From the NCBI GenBank assembly GCA_030390025.1, contig CM059432.1, positions 145,454,001 to 145,518,000 of the forward strand: a stretch of 64,000 bases of DNA. Reading direction: 5' to 3'. Positions 47,835-61,621 of the stretch are shown here, in pieces (within the stretch, counting starts at the first letter, position 1; each line of letters starts with the position of its first letter). Source of the stretch: Squalus acanthias. Lineage: Eukaryota. Made by a program: the position numbers and the translations under genes. The notes below the pieces were generated by a model. It saw nothing but the letters and a program-made list of their open reading frames with translations, ran no database searches and was not told the DNA's origin.

Positions 47835-48589
47835 GTAAAAAAAAAACATTGGTTAAACTGGTTGATATGAGTTTTTTTTTATATGAACCCTTCTGGATGT
47901 TAGTTTTACTGTAGATTTCTCAGGCAGTATCTTGTGTAAATATACAATGTGGAAATCCAAGAATACTCATTGAGATTGTGTTGACTGAAGCCCTTTAAAT
48001 GTTCAATCAATTATCTAATATCTCAATTTATAAATGGTATTGTTGTCTGAAGATATATTTCTTGTTTCAGTAGTATATTTTGAAATCCTATTTATGAATT
48101 CCAAGTCTATTTTACAGTGCAATAATGGTGCAGCTGTACTACCATTTTGCACTGTTGCAAAGTGACCACTTAACTATGGAGCCTGGTTGTGCACTGACTC
48201 CCTTGAGGAGTGGTGAGACCCATTGGAGGAGAGCACCTCATACCAATTTGGCTTGACACCTCATGGACTTGCTCGACACGTTATAATCAGAAACAGCTTA
48301 TTTAAATGTTTTAAATATGTAGATACTCTAGACTCTGCACTGAATACATTAAAATGTACCACATAAGTACACATACAGAGCCCCCTCCTGGTCATGAGCC
48401 TCAGCTTGGCAGCCAGCTGCTATAAATAAGATGCTGCAGCTGCAAAACGACACTGTAGCTACAGATCTGAGATGGGTATAACTGCAGCCTACGGGGTGAT
48501 TAGAACTATATCTCTGGGAAATACAAAAATATAGAGTGGTCTTACTTTCTAATTTTGTAGCAACATACCTGAGTGCCACAATTTGTCTC

Positions 48590-49120
48590 TCTAAAAACTC
48601 TCCTTTTCTGAAGGCGATAATTCATCCTGGTGTATGGCTTCACAGGATCTGGTCATCCAAGTGGCCATGTGTGAGCCTCAGTGTGTCAGCAGACTATTCC
48701 AACCACGGGGACTTTCCAGCTGACAGCTATCCCACCCACATGCACTTTCCAGCTGGGAACTGGATAATAGGGTCAAAGTCTGACTGATTTTTCTCGCTCC
48801 CCCTTCATGCTGGGAGTGCAGCTCCGTAAAATTGACCTTCTCGTTCCACAGGAGACAAACTCTCCAGCTTGCTGCTTTCTCATACAAGTGAGAGCCCAGA
48901 CAGTGAACATGCACCTAATCCTGTTTTCATCCAACATCCACACCTGCATACTTTTCCAGCAGGTGTCACTGAATGCCTTTGTTTGACTTTCTCCCCACCT
49001 CCCTAGCTGAAGGGTACTGAAGTCAGTTGCCCTGGTGGTGTTTCAGCTAACTCTCACAGGCCAGAAGTCAAACCTGGGACTTTTTGGTCTGTGCCTTGAT
49101 ACTAAATCAGGTGATGCCTT
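48590..49120 (-). mobile_element. Probable old tRNA-derived SINE remnant(s)
   Basis: B-box-like ccaggtttgac followed by gagttagctga on the minus strand; internal duplicated cactttccagc blocks. Confidence 0.35.
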
Positions 49121-49352
49121 TACTTAAAAACTGTAGCCTCCCCTGATAGCCTAGTGAGCTATCTTATTGCAAAATAGTCAGATGACTCTGCTTTCTTAAA
49201 AGCATGCTATTTATGCATTGCTTTTAGAAAATCTTTCTGCAGTTTCTTAACATAAGAATTGGAATTGTAGTATATAGTATTGCTGATAGTAAGTAGCACT
49301 GTGGCACTATCCAGTTATTACTGTTGTGTTAAAGAACTGTGTTTTTGTATAG

Positions 49353-49439
49353 ATCATTATTTGGGATGTTGATACTGGCAAGCACCTCCGTACTATTACT
49401 GATGCTCATCCTCCTGTTTCTGCTGTTCTTAATATCAAG
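49353..49439 (+). pseudogene. VPS8: VPS8-like exon (IIIWDVDTGKHLRTITDAHPPVSAVLNIK) with destroyed donor
   Basis: Matches ITMWDLASGKLLRSITDAHPPGTAILHIK. Acceptor gtatag is fine; the donor reads AAG|atgaat (no GT). Confidence 0.88.
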
Positions 49440-50261
49440 ATGAATGTTCCTTCAGAAAACTTGAATATATGAAAATAAGGATAGATTAATAGTTTGTAAA
49501 GAATCATTAAATTTTGCAAAAGTTTTAAAAGAGCTATATGAACTCTTTTATTTCATAGAGAGCACAATTTAGTTCTGTGCAAATTTGAGTTAATTTGTTT
49601 TCCTTACCAATAAATAGTACATGATATTTGCACTGTCTCCCTATGTGTCTGTCTGCAGGGGCTAATATTAGTGTTGTCCCTCCAATTAAATTGCATTTAG
49701 TTTTAGGGGAGCACTGTTAAAAATAGCAGGTGCTACAAATTATTTGATAAGCTATTCTCAAAAATGGGAATGTTTACCTAATGCATTCTGCATTGGCAAT
49801 AAACTCTGATCATCTTTATTTCCCCGACACTCACCATGCTTGGATCCCACACAAAAAAACCCCAGCTGTATTATATAAAACTTTTAGTGATGCATTGGAG
49901 ACTGGAAGGAAGGAATGATCCTGATGATTTTGTTTATGCTTACTAAATTTCGAAGTACGCCCTTGAATGTTTTCTAATATCTTCGAACAATACATTTGTT
50001 CTCTTATTTCATTTTAAAAGGGAGAAATATTTAATCTCCATAGATCAATTTCAGTTTAAAAAACCTTTTGACCTTCCCATGGGTGAAAGTAGCACAAGTT
50101 GTGTATTTTGTATTGAAATTGTGTATGTGCACACATGTTTTTCAATTACTTTTAAATTTCCTTGAAACAAACACTATTTGTCAGCCAAATTGGAAAGTGG
50201 CCCATTGTAACAGGTGTCCTACTTATGTTTTTGATCATTTTGATTTTTTTTGGTTCCACAG

Positions 50262-50329
50262 CTCTCAGATGATCCATCACTGGTTGTATGCAGTGATAGC
50301 AGTAGCATTGTGTTTGAACTTCATTTCAG
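50262..50329 (+). pseudogene. VPS8: VPS8-like exon (LSDDPSLVVCSDSSSIVFELHF)
   Basis: Matches FTDDPTLAICNDSGGSVFELTFK; ttccacag| ... AG|gtaggt; ends in phase 2. Confidence 0.87.
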
Positions 50330-50407
50330 GTAGGTATAGGTGGGTACATTGCATTGGGGCAATAAATTACATACTGCTTTGGACGATCAGAAATCAACAT
50401 TCAGTTG

Positions 50408-50700
50408 CATAGAATTTACAGCACAGAAACCGGCCATTCGGCCCAACTGGTCCATGCCAGTGTTTATACTCCACACGGGTCTCCTCCCACCCCTCTTCAT
50501 CTCACCCTATCAGCATAACCTTCCATTCCTTTCTCCCTCGTGTGTTTATATGGCTTCCTCTTAAATGCATCTACACTTTTTGCCTTAGCCACTCCATGTG
50601 GTAGCGAGTTCCACATTCTGTCTATTCTTTGGGTAAAGAAGTTTCTCCTGAATTCCCTATTGGATTTATTAGCATCATATTTATGGCCCATAATTTTGGT
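50408..50700 (-). mobile_element. CR1 3' fragment
   Basis: [16 protein letters not shown]-terminal ORF2 motif and CR1 3' end. Confidence 0.82.
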
Positions 50701-52849
50701 TTAGATAACTGTTGTTGGTCACAAAGTGTTTATTTGTATGTTGCACCTAAATGTTTCTAAAGTTTGAAGAGGTCTGCGCTAAATAGGTGAAGATGGGAGT
50801 ATAGTTTGAGTCCAATTGTGTGAGGCAAGTATGATTAAGATGGCATTAGAATAATACTGGCTGAGTATCAGGGGTGAAGTGTCTCGTAAATTCTTGTCAA
50901 ATTTGTTATTCTCCAGCCATATGCATCTTGTTTGTAACTATCCAGAAGAATGAAGCAACAAAAGATTGAGTATTTTGACAGTCTCCAATGTAGTGCTTAA
51001 CATGTTTAATATCTCCACCCTACGAGAGCAATTATTATTTGCAATGTAGAAATGACTCACCAGATGAATTAGCTTAGGGGTATTAACTCAACAGTAAATT
51101 TCTAATGTGTTGAGAAAAACAGTATAAAGTGTCCTCGTCAGAGTTAAAGCATTAAAAAGAACCAGATTCATATTTAGACGAAGCAGTTCAAAACAATAGA
51201 CATGACAATCAAGGGCGCTTTTTATTTAAAAACATTCTCTTCACTTTCTCAGAAACTTCTAAATGTATTCCATAAAATTGTAATGCTGAATTGTGAGATA
51301 ATTGAAATAAGATTTAGAATTCTTTACACTGACCACTTTATTTACCACTCACAATTTGGATTGATAATCAGTGATTACAGCAGTCATATAAATATTTGCA
51401 TGTCAAGACTGTGGGGTGCACTGCTGTCATTGTCTGTCATTGTAGCTGCTGTTGGCAAGAAACAATGACTTAAAATTGAATAAAGCATTATTTCTCTGCC
51501 TTCCCCACCCTCAAAGTTCATGTAAGGAAAGAAAAGTACTCCGGGGCAAAGCTGTAAACCCACTTCAGGATTTAGACCATTGTCATAAGATGTTTAAGTT
51601 CTGAAAATCTGATATCTGCATAACTTATTGAGATACTCTATGTTAATTATGCCTATATGGTATTTTATTCAGTTTCAACTATTTAGATTTTTTTTAAAAT
51701 TACCAATGCCAAGTTGCAGTTCTAATTAGGGTGACGGGCAACATTACTGTAATGTACTTGAGTGTAACGCACTTCTAACCCCTCTTTTTGCCCTGCCCCC
51801 AATCTATGTGGACGGATTTAAATCTTGTAAGATCTTTGTCTTTATCTGCCTGTTGGCTTTGAAAGCCAAAAATGGCATCCAGCTAAGAAGTTTCAAAAGT
51901 TATGTGCCAACTAAGGATACTGTCACAAGTTTTAGGTCTGCCCAATTCTCTTGGGTGCAACAGTACTGATCACTCCTGTAAGTGCTCAGAGGGTCCTATG
52001 TTCAGGAATGTCCCCATAATGTTAATATCTAATTATACTAAATAGTGTGATTGGGTAGGGGGTATAACAGTCGAGGCCCCTATCTGAACTGGATAGCATG
52101 TCTTTCTCACATGCACTTTTCCAATTGTTCTGAAGGTGGACTGAAACAGTTTAATGTGACCAGGCCAGATACAAATTGTTAAGCTGCTTTATTTTACAGA
52201 CAGCGCGTGAGCATACATCGTAACCAGTGTAATCAAATAACTGCAGAGCACTCCTTGAGAATAAAATTAAAATACACCACACCAGCCCTATTAGCATGCT
52301 TGCTCAATTTTCCCCTGTTAGCCAACTGACCATGGGCTTGTGATAAGCAAGTTTTCCCTCACCTGGCCAAGGCTTCCTCTCCAGTCCTAGCTAGTTGGCT
52401 AACTTGCACTGCGTCTCTCTCCGACATTTGTGTTCGCAACAAGTAAGGGGGCAATCCCATGACTTCTTCCCCGTTAAATAATTCGCCAGTATGCTTGTCG
52501 ATAAAACTACCTACCTCTACTCCCCCCTTGGTGTGGTTCTCTAGCCACGAGCTCCTATTCTCAAAATATATAGGGCCCCATCATAGTTTAATGTATGGGA
52601 AAAGTCAATTGATTCTCATTATCTCCATTTGAAGTGGATGGTGAACTGTGATATTTCACTAACTGGCTTGTCTAGCTTTAATACATGGCTTCAATGCCTG
52701 CAGCCGATGGCTTTTTATAAACCCTATGTGAATTCACTTTGTTTTAAAACATAACGCGTAAACATAACTCATTCCCAAATCCTATTCATGAAGAACATGA
52801 CTGCATATACCAAATACCTACACCACTGCAATGGGAGACAGTATTTGAA

Positions 52850-55800
52850 CAACTACAACAACAACAACTTGTATTTATATAGCGCCTTTAACATAGTAAA
52901 ACGTCCCAAGGCACTTTCCAGGAGTATTATAAGACAAAAAATTTGACACCGAGCCACACAAGGAGAAATTAGGGCAGGTGACCAAAAGCTTGGTCAAAGA
53001 GGTAAGGAATTCCAGAGCTTAGGGCCTAGGCAACAGAAGGCACGGCCACCAATGGTTGAATGATTATAATCGGGGATGTTCAAGAGGGCAGAATTAGAAG
53101 AGCGCAGATATCTGGGGGGGTGGGGGGGAGGTTGTGGGGAGGTTTGAAAACAAGGATGAGAACTTTGAAATCGAGGCGTTGCTTAACCGGGAGCCAATGT
53201 AGGTCAGCAAGCACAGGGTGATGGGTGAATGGAACTTGGTGCGAGTTAGGACACGGACAGAATTTTGGATGACCTCAAGTTTACGTAGGGTAGAATGTGG
53301 GAGGCCAGCCAGGAGTGCGTTGGAATAGTCAAGTCTAGAGGTAACAAAGGCATGGATGAGGGTTTCAGCAGCGGAAGAGCTGAGGCAAGGGCAGAGATGT
53401 TACGGAGGTGGAAAGAGGCGGTCTTAGTTATGCCACGGCTAAGTGGTCGGAAGCTCATTTTAGGGTCAAATATGACACCAAGGTTGTGAACAGTGCAGTT
53501 CAGCCTCAGACAGATGTTAGGGAGAGGGATGGAGTCAGTGGCTAGGGAACGGAGTTTGTGGCGGGGACCGAAAACACTGGGCTGTATTTTGCGACCCCCA
53601 CAGGGTGCATACGAGGTGCATACGCGCCCGTAGGGGCTGCGCAAGTGCCGGGTTTAGGCATGCGAAGTGCACGCACTGAAACCCAGGCACTTGCGATCTG
53701 TCAATTCTTGACAGATCCTCCGCATCCCCAGGAGAAGGGCCTCTGCGGGTCGAGAGTTGCGCTTTTTGCACAACCTCTGCCCGCTGAATGCCTGTCAAAT
53801 TCTTATGCCTGGTAAAAGCAGGCATAAGGCCTGTACGTACAGAACTGTCAAAATTATGAATAGGGATTCCCTTCTTCCATTGGGTGGGTCAACCCACGTG
53901 ATCCCAGGAGCGCCTACGAACCGCTTGTGCCCCTGGGATACATGGGGCTCTGCCCGCGTGGACCCGAGAGGCCCAGGATTGCAAGCCGCCATTCCACCCA
54001 GGCCACCAGGTACTATCGTACACATTTTGCAAGTTGGATGTGTCCGCCTGCGAGAGGACTCCGATCGCAAATATTGGCCCATTGCCTTCAGTCTTCCCAA
54101 TATTTAATTGGAGAAAATTTCTGCTCATCCAGAACTGGATGTCGGACAAGCAGTCTGACAATTTAGAGACCGTGGAGGGGTCGAGAGAAGTGGTGGTGAG
54201 GTAGAGCTGGGTGTCGTCAGCGTACATGTGGAAACTGACGCTGTGTTTTCAGATGATGTTACCAAGGGGCAGCATGTAGATGAGAACTAGGAGGGGGCCA
54301 AGAATAGATCCTTGGGGGACGCCAGAGGTAATGATGCGGGGGTGGGAAGAGAAGCCATTGCAGGTGATTCTCTGGCTACGATTAGATAGATAAGAATGGA
54401 AACAGGTGCGTGCAGTCCCACCCAGCTGGACGACGGTGGAGAGGCATTGGAGAAGGATGGTGTGGTCGACCATATCAAAGGCTGCAGACATGTCAAGAAG
54501 GACGAGAAGGGATAGTTTACCTTTGTCACAGTCACAAAGGATGTCATTTATGACTTTGATGAGCGCCGTTTCGGTACTGTGGCAGGGGCGGAAACCTGAT
54601 TGGAGGGATTCCAACATGGAGTTGCGGGGAAAATGGGCACGGATTTGGGAGCCGACAACACGTTCAAGGACTTGAAAGGAAAGGGAGGTTGGAGATGAGG
54701 CGGTAGTTTGCAAGGCTGGAGGGGTCAAGGGTTGGTTTTATGAGGACTGGGGTAATGATGGCAGATTTGAGGGAGAGGGGGACAGTACCTGAGGAGAGAG
54801 AACCGTTAACAATGTCAGCTAACATGGGAGTCAGAAAAGGAAGTTGGGTGGTCAGCAGTTTGGTGGGAATAGGGTCAAGGGAGCAGGAAGTGGGTCTCAT
54901 GGACAAGATGAGCGCTGAGACGTCATGAGGGGTGATCGGAGAGAAACTGGAGAAAGATGTGAGTTCAGGGCTAGGGCAGGGGGAAACCTTAGAGGAAGTT
55001 TGGCCCGGTGGGCTAGGGGAAGGAAGGGAAGTGGCAGAGGCAGCTGAACGGATGGTCTCAATCTTAGAGACAAAGAAGTCCATGAGCTCCTCACACTTGT
55101 TGTCGGAGGTGAAGGTGGAGGAGACAGGTTAGCAGTGGTGAATAGAAGCCGGGGTTTATCTTTGCATTCCAGAATGATTCTGGAATAGTGAGCAATTTTG
55201 GCAGATGAGAGCAGGACGCGATAATGCTTTATGTGGCTAAACCAGTTGTCTGCCATATCCATTCAAATCTGCGTCCCTTGACTTAAGGGAGCAAAGATGA
55301 GGGGCGTACCAGGGGGAATGGTCAGGGTGAGAGAGAGTAATTGTTTTAATAGGGACTAGAGCATCAAAGGTGGTGGTGGAGGTGTGGTTGAGCAGAAATG
55401 TCGTGGTGAATGGAAGGCCAAAGGCTGGACAGTTGAGATTTCGTAAGTGCAGCTGGGAGAGAGTTCTTTCCAGGGGCAGACACAGAAGGAAGTAAGGGCG
55501 GGGATGTAGGGGGATGTGGGTGGAGAGTGATACGAGGAAGTGGTCAGAGATGGCCTTATCTGTGATTGACACGATGGGAGAAGCGAGGCCACGAGAGATG
55601 GCAAGGTCGAGTGGGTGGCCGTGAATATAGGTTGGGGAGTTTACATGGAGGGAGGATAGGAGGCTAGTGAACTCAGAGGAGAGAGAGCATGATGAATTGA
55701 GATGGAGGTTGAAATCACTGAGGATGAGAAGTCGCTCGATGCAGAGGCTGAGGGAGGAAAGCAGTGAAGATATCTCAGTAATAACATTTTTATGGTACTT

Positions 55801-56480
55801 GGGTGGGCGGTAGAGAATGAGAATTGAAATGAGAGGTGAGAGGGGTGGAATAAGGTGAGATGCTCAAAGGAGGAGAAAGTGCCGGAGGAGTAGGGGGACA
55901 GACCAAGGTGTGATTTGGTGAGGAGAGCCACACCGCCACCACGGCAGTCTGAGCGGGGCAAGTGGTGGAAGGTATAGCCAGGCGGGGAGGCTTCATTTAA
56001 GGGTAAGGTATCATCATCCCTCAACCAAGTTTCTGTCAGGGCCATGATGTCGATGCAATCATCCACAATAAGCTCATGGATGGCAAGGGCCTTGTTCGCA
56101 ATTGAACGGACATTCTGGAGGGAGATGTGGAGAGGGTTGGTTATGACTGATCCACTGCCAGCATCCACAGGGTCAGTGCTGGGAGGGGTGAATTGGAAGG
56201 GGAGGAGATTGGCAAAATTAGCTCCCAGTGGGCGGGAAGGTCGGCGAGAGAGTAGGATGGGACAGTTGGGGTTGCTGCTCGTCAGGAGGCAGCGATGAGT
56301 GCCTCAATGGGCCCTTCGTAGGATGCCAGAGAGAGGCACAGAGGGAAACTGTAGGCTTATCTAAGAGGGAGTCAAGCCTGGGACGGTGGCAGGAGAGTAG
56401 GAAGGTTAAAGTGTAATGAAGGATTGGGGTAGGGATTTGGGAGGGCAGAGTATCCGAGAGAGGAGAGATAAAAGGAGGCA
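52850..56480 (-). mobile_element. Long L2-clade LINE (EN + RT, frameshifted)
   Basis: LQNVRS and LTETW EN motifs (55641-56168), QSGFR, QGSILGP, MYADDTQLY; (aac)n tail at 52850-52868. Confidence 0.92.
53579..54080. mobile_element. Harbinger-type MITE inside the L2
   Basis: TIRs GGGCTGTATTTTGCGA / TCGCAAATATTGGCCC; flanks ACT / ATT; L2 collinear on removal. Confidence 0.82.
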
Positions 56481-56844
56481 TGATGACAGGAGAGAGTGGT
56501 CAAGGAGGGATAGAGAGAAAAGGAAAAGGGGGAGAAAAAGTGGAAAAAGAAATTAACGGCTCGTATCCGGAGCGGCAGCCAAAGTGCTCAAACTAGGGGA
56601 TGTCATTGAGGAAAAATTAAATTAAAATGACAGCAGTGTCCACTCATTAATCTGGATTGGTAAGAAACTAATTTGGCCATTTAAATTTATTAACAAAATT
56701 AACTTTGAGGCAAGGTTATACTGAGCAGTGCAGCATACGATGATTTTTAGACTATTCGCCCTTTAATTGCAATCTATTTAGCAAAAAGGAAAATAACACT
56801 AACCACTTCAAGGCTGACATTGGTACTATTGGATAATATCTTTT

Positions 56845-57968
56845 GGTAAAAAATTTGGTACCTTAGCGTCTTCCGTTAACGCCAGCAGATGGCGCTAGAG
56901 CATTACTGCCAGGGTGAGGTGAATCCAGCACCGCCGCTAACAGTTATCGCCAGGTGGATCGTGACGTCAGTGAGTGTGCAACGCTCATGGGCCGCCCAAT
57001 CTGTGAAATTGATTATTGCCACCTACCTTAGCGCCTGGAGGAAACAGCGACAGGGAGAGCTGGCATGAAGCACCAGGAAGCCGGCTCCAGGGACATTATT
57101 TAAATGGATCATCATGTGATGAGTTGCAGCTGTAGGTTAGTGGAGTTTCATTGCTTTCCTGTCAGTTTCATATAGTCTCATTCTGTGATTTCAAGGTTAT
57201 TTAGTATCAGGAGTGTAGCTACATTTATTCTTAAAAAAATCAAACTGCTACACTAGGTTACATTAATGGGGGCTGTACTGGCAGTCGACCTCGCCCTCCA
57301 GGATCTATCGCGGAGGGAGTGGAGGCAGCGAGAAACACTGGAACATGTGGCCAGAGGGAGGAGGAGGACCATCAGGGCTCTCAACAGGAGGCCTTACCAT
57401 CCGAGGGTATTCCGAGAGCACTTCTCCTACCTCCAATTAAACGAGGAGCAGTGTATTAGAAGGCTTCGCTTCAGCAAGGAGGTGGTCACAGAACTCTGCC
57501 ACCTCCTGCAACCAGACCTCCAGCCTCAGATTAGAGCGATCACGGCTCTCTCAGTGGCAGTCAAGGTCACCGTCACCCTCAATTTCTTCGCCAGTGGTTC
57601 CTTCCAGTCTGCAACAGGAGCTATAGTGAACATCTCGCAGTTCGCCATCCATCGCTGCATCCGGGAGGCTCACAGAGGCTCTCTACAGTAGGAGAAGGGA
57701 CAACATGTACTTCCCCATCACCAGAGAGAAGCAGGACGAACGTGCATGTGGCTTTGCCAGGATAGCGGGATTTCCCATGTGCAGGGCGCCATTGACTGCA
57801 CCCACGTGGCTTTGCGGGCACCGCATAACAATCCTGAGATCTTCCTTCACCGCAAAGGCTATCACTCACTTAATGTGCAGTTGGTGTGCGACCACAGACA
57901 GCTAATCCTCAATGTCAATGCCCACTATCCTGGCAGCAGACTCCATGCATTCTTCCTGTGCCAGACTG
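56845..57968 (+). mobile_element. Left part of a Harbinger transposon with frameshifted transposase (57266-57968), truncated by LINE sequence
   Basis: RRLRFSKEVVTELC, LNFFASGSFQ, GAIDCTHV, RKGYHSLNVQLVCD and YPGS motifs; left end resembles the 2572-3463 MITE terminus. Confidence 0.88.
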
Positions 57969-57971
57969 GTG

Positions 57972-60398
57972 TTTTTTTTAATATTCGTTCATGGGATGTA
58001 GGCGTCGCTGGCAAGGCCAGCATTTATTGCCCATCCCTAGTTGCCCTTGAGAAGGTGGTGGTGAGCCGCCTTCTTGAACTGCTGCAGTCCATATGGTGAA
58101 GGTACTCTCACAGTGCTGTTAGGGAGGGAATTCCAGGAAATTGACCCAGCGACGATGAAGGACTGGCGATATACTTCTAAGTCAGGATGGCGTGTGACTG
58201 GGAGGTGAACTTGGAGGTGGTGGTGTTCCCATGCGCCTGCTGCCCTTGTCCTTCTAGGTGGAAAAGGTCGCTGGTTTAGGAGGTGCTGCCGAAGAAGCCT
58301 TGGCGAGTTGCTGCAGTGCATCTTGTAGATGGTACACACTGCAGCCACGGTATGCCGGTGGTGGAGGGAGTGAATGTTTAAGGTGGTGGATGGGGTGCCA
58401 ATCAAGTGGGCTGCTTTGTCCTGGATGGTGTCGAGCTTCTTGAGAGTTGTTGGAGCTGTACTCATCCAGGCAAGTGGAGAGTATTCCATCACACTCCTTA
58501 CTTGTGCCTTGTAAATGGTGGAAAGGCTTTGGGGAGTCAGGAGGTGAGACACTCGCCGCAGAATACCTAGCCTCTGACCTGCTCTTATTGCCACATTATT
58601 TATGTGGCTGGTCCAGTTAAGTTTCTGGTCAATGGTGACCCCAGGATGTTGATGGTGGGGGATTCGGCGATGGTAATGCCGTTGAATGTCAAGGGGCGGT
58701 GGTTAGACTCTCGCTTGTTGGAGATAGTCATTGCCTGGCACTTGTGTGGCGCGAATATTACTTGCCACTTATCAGCCCAAGCCTGAACGTTGTCCAAGTC
58801 TTGTTGCAGGTGGGCATGGACTGCTTCATTATCTGAGGAGTTGTTAATGGCACTGAACACTGTGCAGTGATCAGCGAACATCCCCATTTCTGACCTTATG
58901 TTGGAGGGAAGGTCATTGATGAAGCAGCTGAAGATGGTTGGACCTAGGACACTGCCCTGAGGAACTCCTGCAGCGATGTCCTGGGGCTGTGATGATTGAC
59001 CTTCAACCACCACAACCATCTTCCTTTGTGCTAGGTATGACTCCTGCCAGTGGAGAGTTTTCCCCCCGATTCCCATTGACTTCAGTTTTACTAGGGCTCC
59101 TTGATGCCACACTTGGTCAAATGCTGCCTTGATGTCAAGGGCAGTCACTCTCACCTCACCTCTGGAATTCAGCTCCTTTGTCCATGTTTGGACCAAGGCT
59201 GCAATGAGGTTGGGAGCCGAATGGTCTTGGCGGAACCCAAACTGAGCATCAGTGAGCAGGTTATTGGTGAGTAAGTGCTGCTTGATAACACTGTCGATGA
59301 CACCTTCCATCACTTTGCTGATAATTGAGAGTAGACTGATCGGGTGGTAATTGGCCGGATTGGATTTGTCTGCTTTTTTTTGTGGACAGGACATACCTGG
59401 GCAGTTTTCCGTATTGTCGGATAGATGCCAGTGTTGTAGCTGTAGTGGAACAGCTTGGCTAGAGGCGTGGCTAGTTCTGGAGCACAAGTCTTCTGCACGA
59501 CAGCCGGGATGTTGTCGGGGCCCATAGCCTTTGCTGTATCCAGTGCGCTCAGCCGTTTCTTGATATCACGGGGAGTGAATCAAATTGGCTGAAGACTGGT
59601 TTCTGTGAGGACCTGGTGGGGACCTCAGGAGGAGGCCGATATGGAGCATCCACTCGGCACTTCTGGCTGACGATGATTGCAAACACTTCAGCCTTGTCTT
59701 TTGCACTCACATGCTGAGCTCCACCATCATTGAGGATAGGGATATTCATGGAGCATCCTCCTCCTGTTAGTTGTTCAATGGTTGGATGTGGCAGGACTGC
59801 AGAGCTTTGATCTGATCCGTTGATTGTGGGATCGCTTAGCCCTGTCTAGCATGCTGCTTCCGCTTTTTAGCATGCATGTAGTCCTGTGTTGTAGCTTCTC
59901 CAGGTTGGCACCTTATTTTTAGGTACGCCTGGTGCTGCACCTGGCATGCTCTTCGACACTCCTTATTGAACTAGGGTTGGTCTTCTGGCTTGATGGTAAT
60001 GGTAGAGTGAGGGATATGCCGGGCCATGAGGTTACAGATTGTGGTGGAATAAGATGCACTGCGGCAACTCGCCAAGGCTTCTTCGACAGCACCTCCCAAA
60101 CCCGCGACCTCTACCACCTAGAAGGATAAGGGCAGCAAGTGCATGGGAACACCACCAGCTGCAAGTTCCTCTCCAAGTTACACACCATCCTGACAAGGAA
60201 ATATATCACCGTTCCCTCATCGTAGCTGGGTCAAAATCCTAGAACTCCCTCCCTAACAGCACTGTGGGAGTACCTTCACCACACGGACTGCAGCAGTTCA
60301 AGGAGGCTGCTCACCACCACCTTCTCAAGGGCAACTGGGGATGGGCAATAAATGCTGGCCTTGCCAGCGATGCCCACATCGCGTGAATGAATTTTTTT
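57972..60398. mobile_element. Two head-to-head L2/Crack-like LINE pieces (57972-60050 minus; 60051-60398 plus)
   Basis: Both outer ends are family 3' ends; junction ggaat|aagatgcact. Confidence 0.9.
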
Positions 60399-60853
60399 TT
60401 ATAACTGGGTGGTCCAGTGGCATAAAATAAAGGAAAGTCAGTTAGGGAGGCCTACCCCAGCATATTTTTTTTTAATTTCTCTTTCACTTTCACTCAGTCT
60501 CTTTCTCCCTCACTCTCGCTGCCTTTCTCCTTCTCTTGCACACTCTCTCCATGGTGGTGCACAATGGATGCTTATTTCTCAATTCAATCTAAAGAGTTCC
60601 AAATTCCTTTCTGGAACAGAAGTGTAAGACAGATTTTGGTTACCCATTGGGAAAGGTTAAAACAGCTTTTCCTCATTCTTGTGCAGCATAACTAACTATG
60701 TTAAATCAGAAACCCAAATAAACTTGGATAGACAACGCTAGTGAAATGAAAGTACGCAGTTTTAACACATTGGAACACTTAATAGTGCAACTTCATTTTT
60801 AATGTTCCTGTCAATCAGGAATCATGATGCCTAATTTTTTATTTGCATTTTAG

Positions 60854-60973
60854 GTTTTTGATAGTTTGACGAGACCACATTCATAAAATGCAGAACCAGA
60901 TGAAGAACCTTATCACAACATGTGTACTCTTCTGAAGTGCAACACAAGAGACTTCCTAAATGTGCTAGCGCTG
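60854..60973 (+). pseudogene. VPS8: VPS8-like exon with premature stop (VFDSLTRPHS*NAEPDEEPYHNMCTLLKCNTRDFLNVLAL)
   Basis: Matches VFEFLIRLHSAEASPEEEIYPYIRTLLHFDTREFLNVLAL; ttttag| ... CTG|gtagga; TAA at 60884-60886. Confidence 0.87.
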
Positions 60974-61621
60974 GTAGGATATTAGTACTGTTACCTGTAT
61001 TTAAGTACATGTTGGATGTGAGACCTGACTGCAAATATTTTTACTTTGGAACTGATGCATATAAATCTGTGTTAAGACTTGTCATCAATAAGGACTTTTG
61101 TACTTGGGTTTGCTATGTACAAATGCTAGCTGTTTTGGTGTGCGGGGTGGGGGGGGGGGCGTAATTGGAGAGAGAGCCAAATCAAAGATGCTGGGAATCC
61201 ATTAACTTTATTGATAGAATATACTCTCTGAAAGATGCACCTTTTTAAGGGACTAAAGTTTACTTGATGGCAAACTTGAAGTTATTAAAAAATGGTCCCA
61301 ATTGCAGCAAGTTTCCTTCCTTCCTATGTTAGAGAGCAACAGCTGGAATGGGTAAAGGGGAATTAACAGGTAAGCAATATTTTAGGTGGAAGATAGGTCT
61401 GGTCACTAGAAAAATTGTTCAAAAAATTGGCCTCGCTTTTTATCTTAGAGTTTGAGTCAAAATTCTCAATTTTTCTGCAGTGTGACTCAATGGCATGTTG
61501 ATTGCTCAGATTGTCAGAACAAGAAAGCAGTTGTTGACATAAACGGTGGAATTTTATGGAATTCTGTAATAAAGGATGTTCATAGTGAGCTTCCAGGGAA
61601 ATTAGGGAAAAGTTTGAGAAT

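Noticed and set aside
50700..52850. Additional VPS8 exons in unique-looking AT-rich DNA (e.g. acceptor-like site at ~52199)
   Set aside because: No translation I could match to the missing VPS8 segments.
57266..57968. Domesticated HARBI1 gene
   Set aside because: Two frameshifts, truncation before the last catalytic residue, and a retained transposon end.
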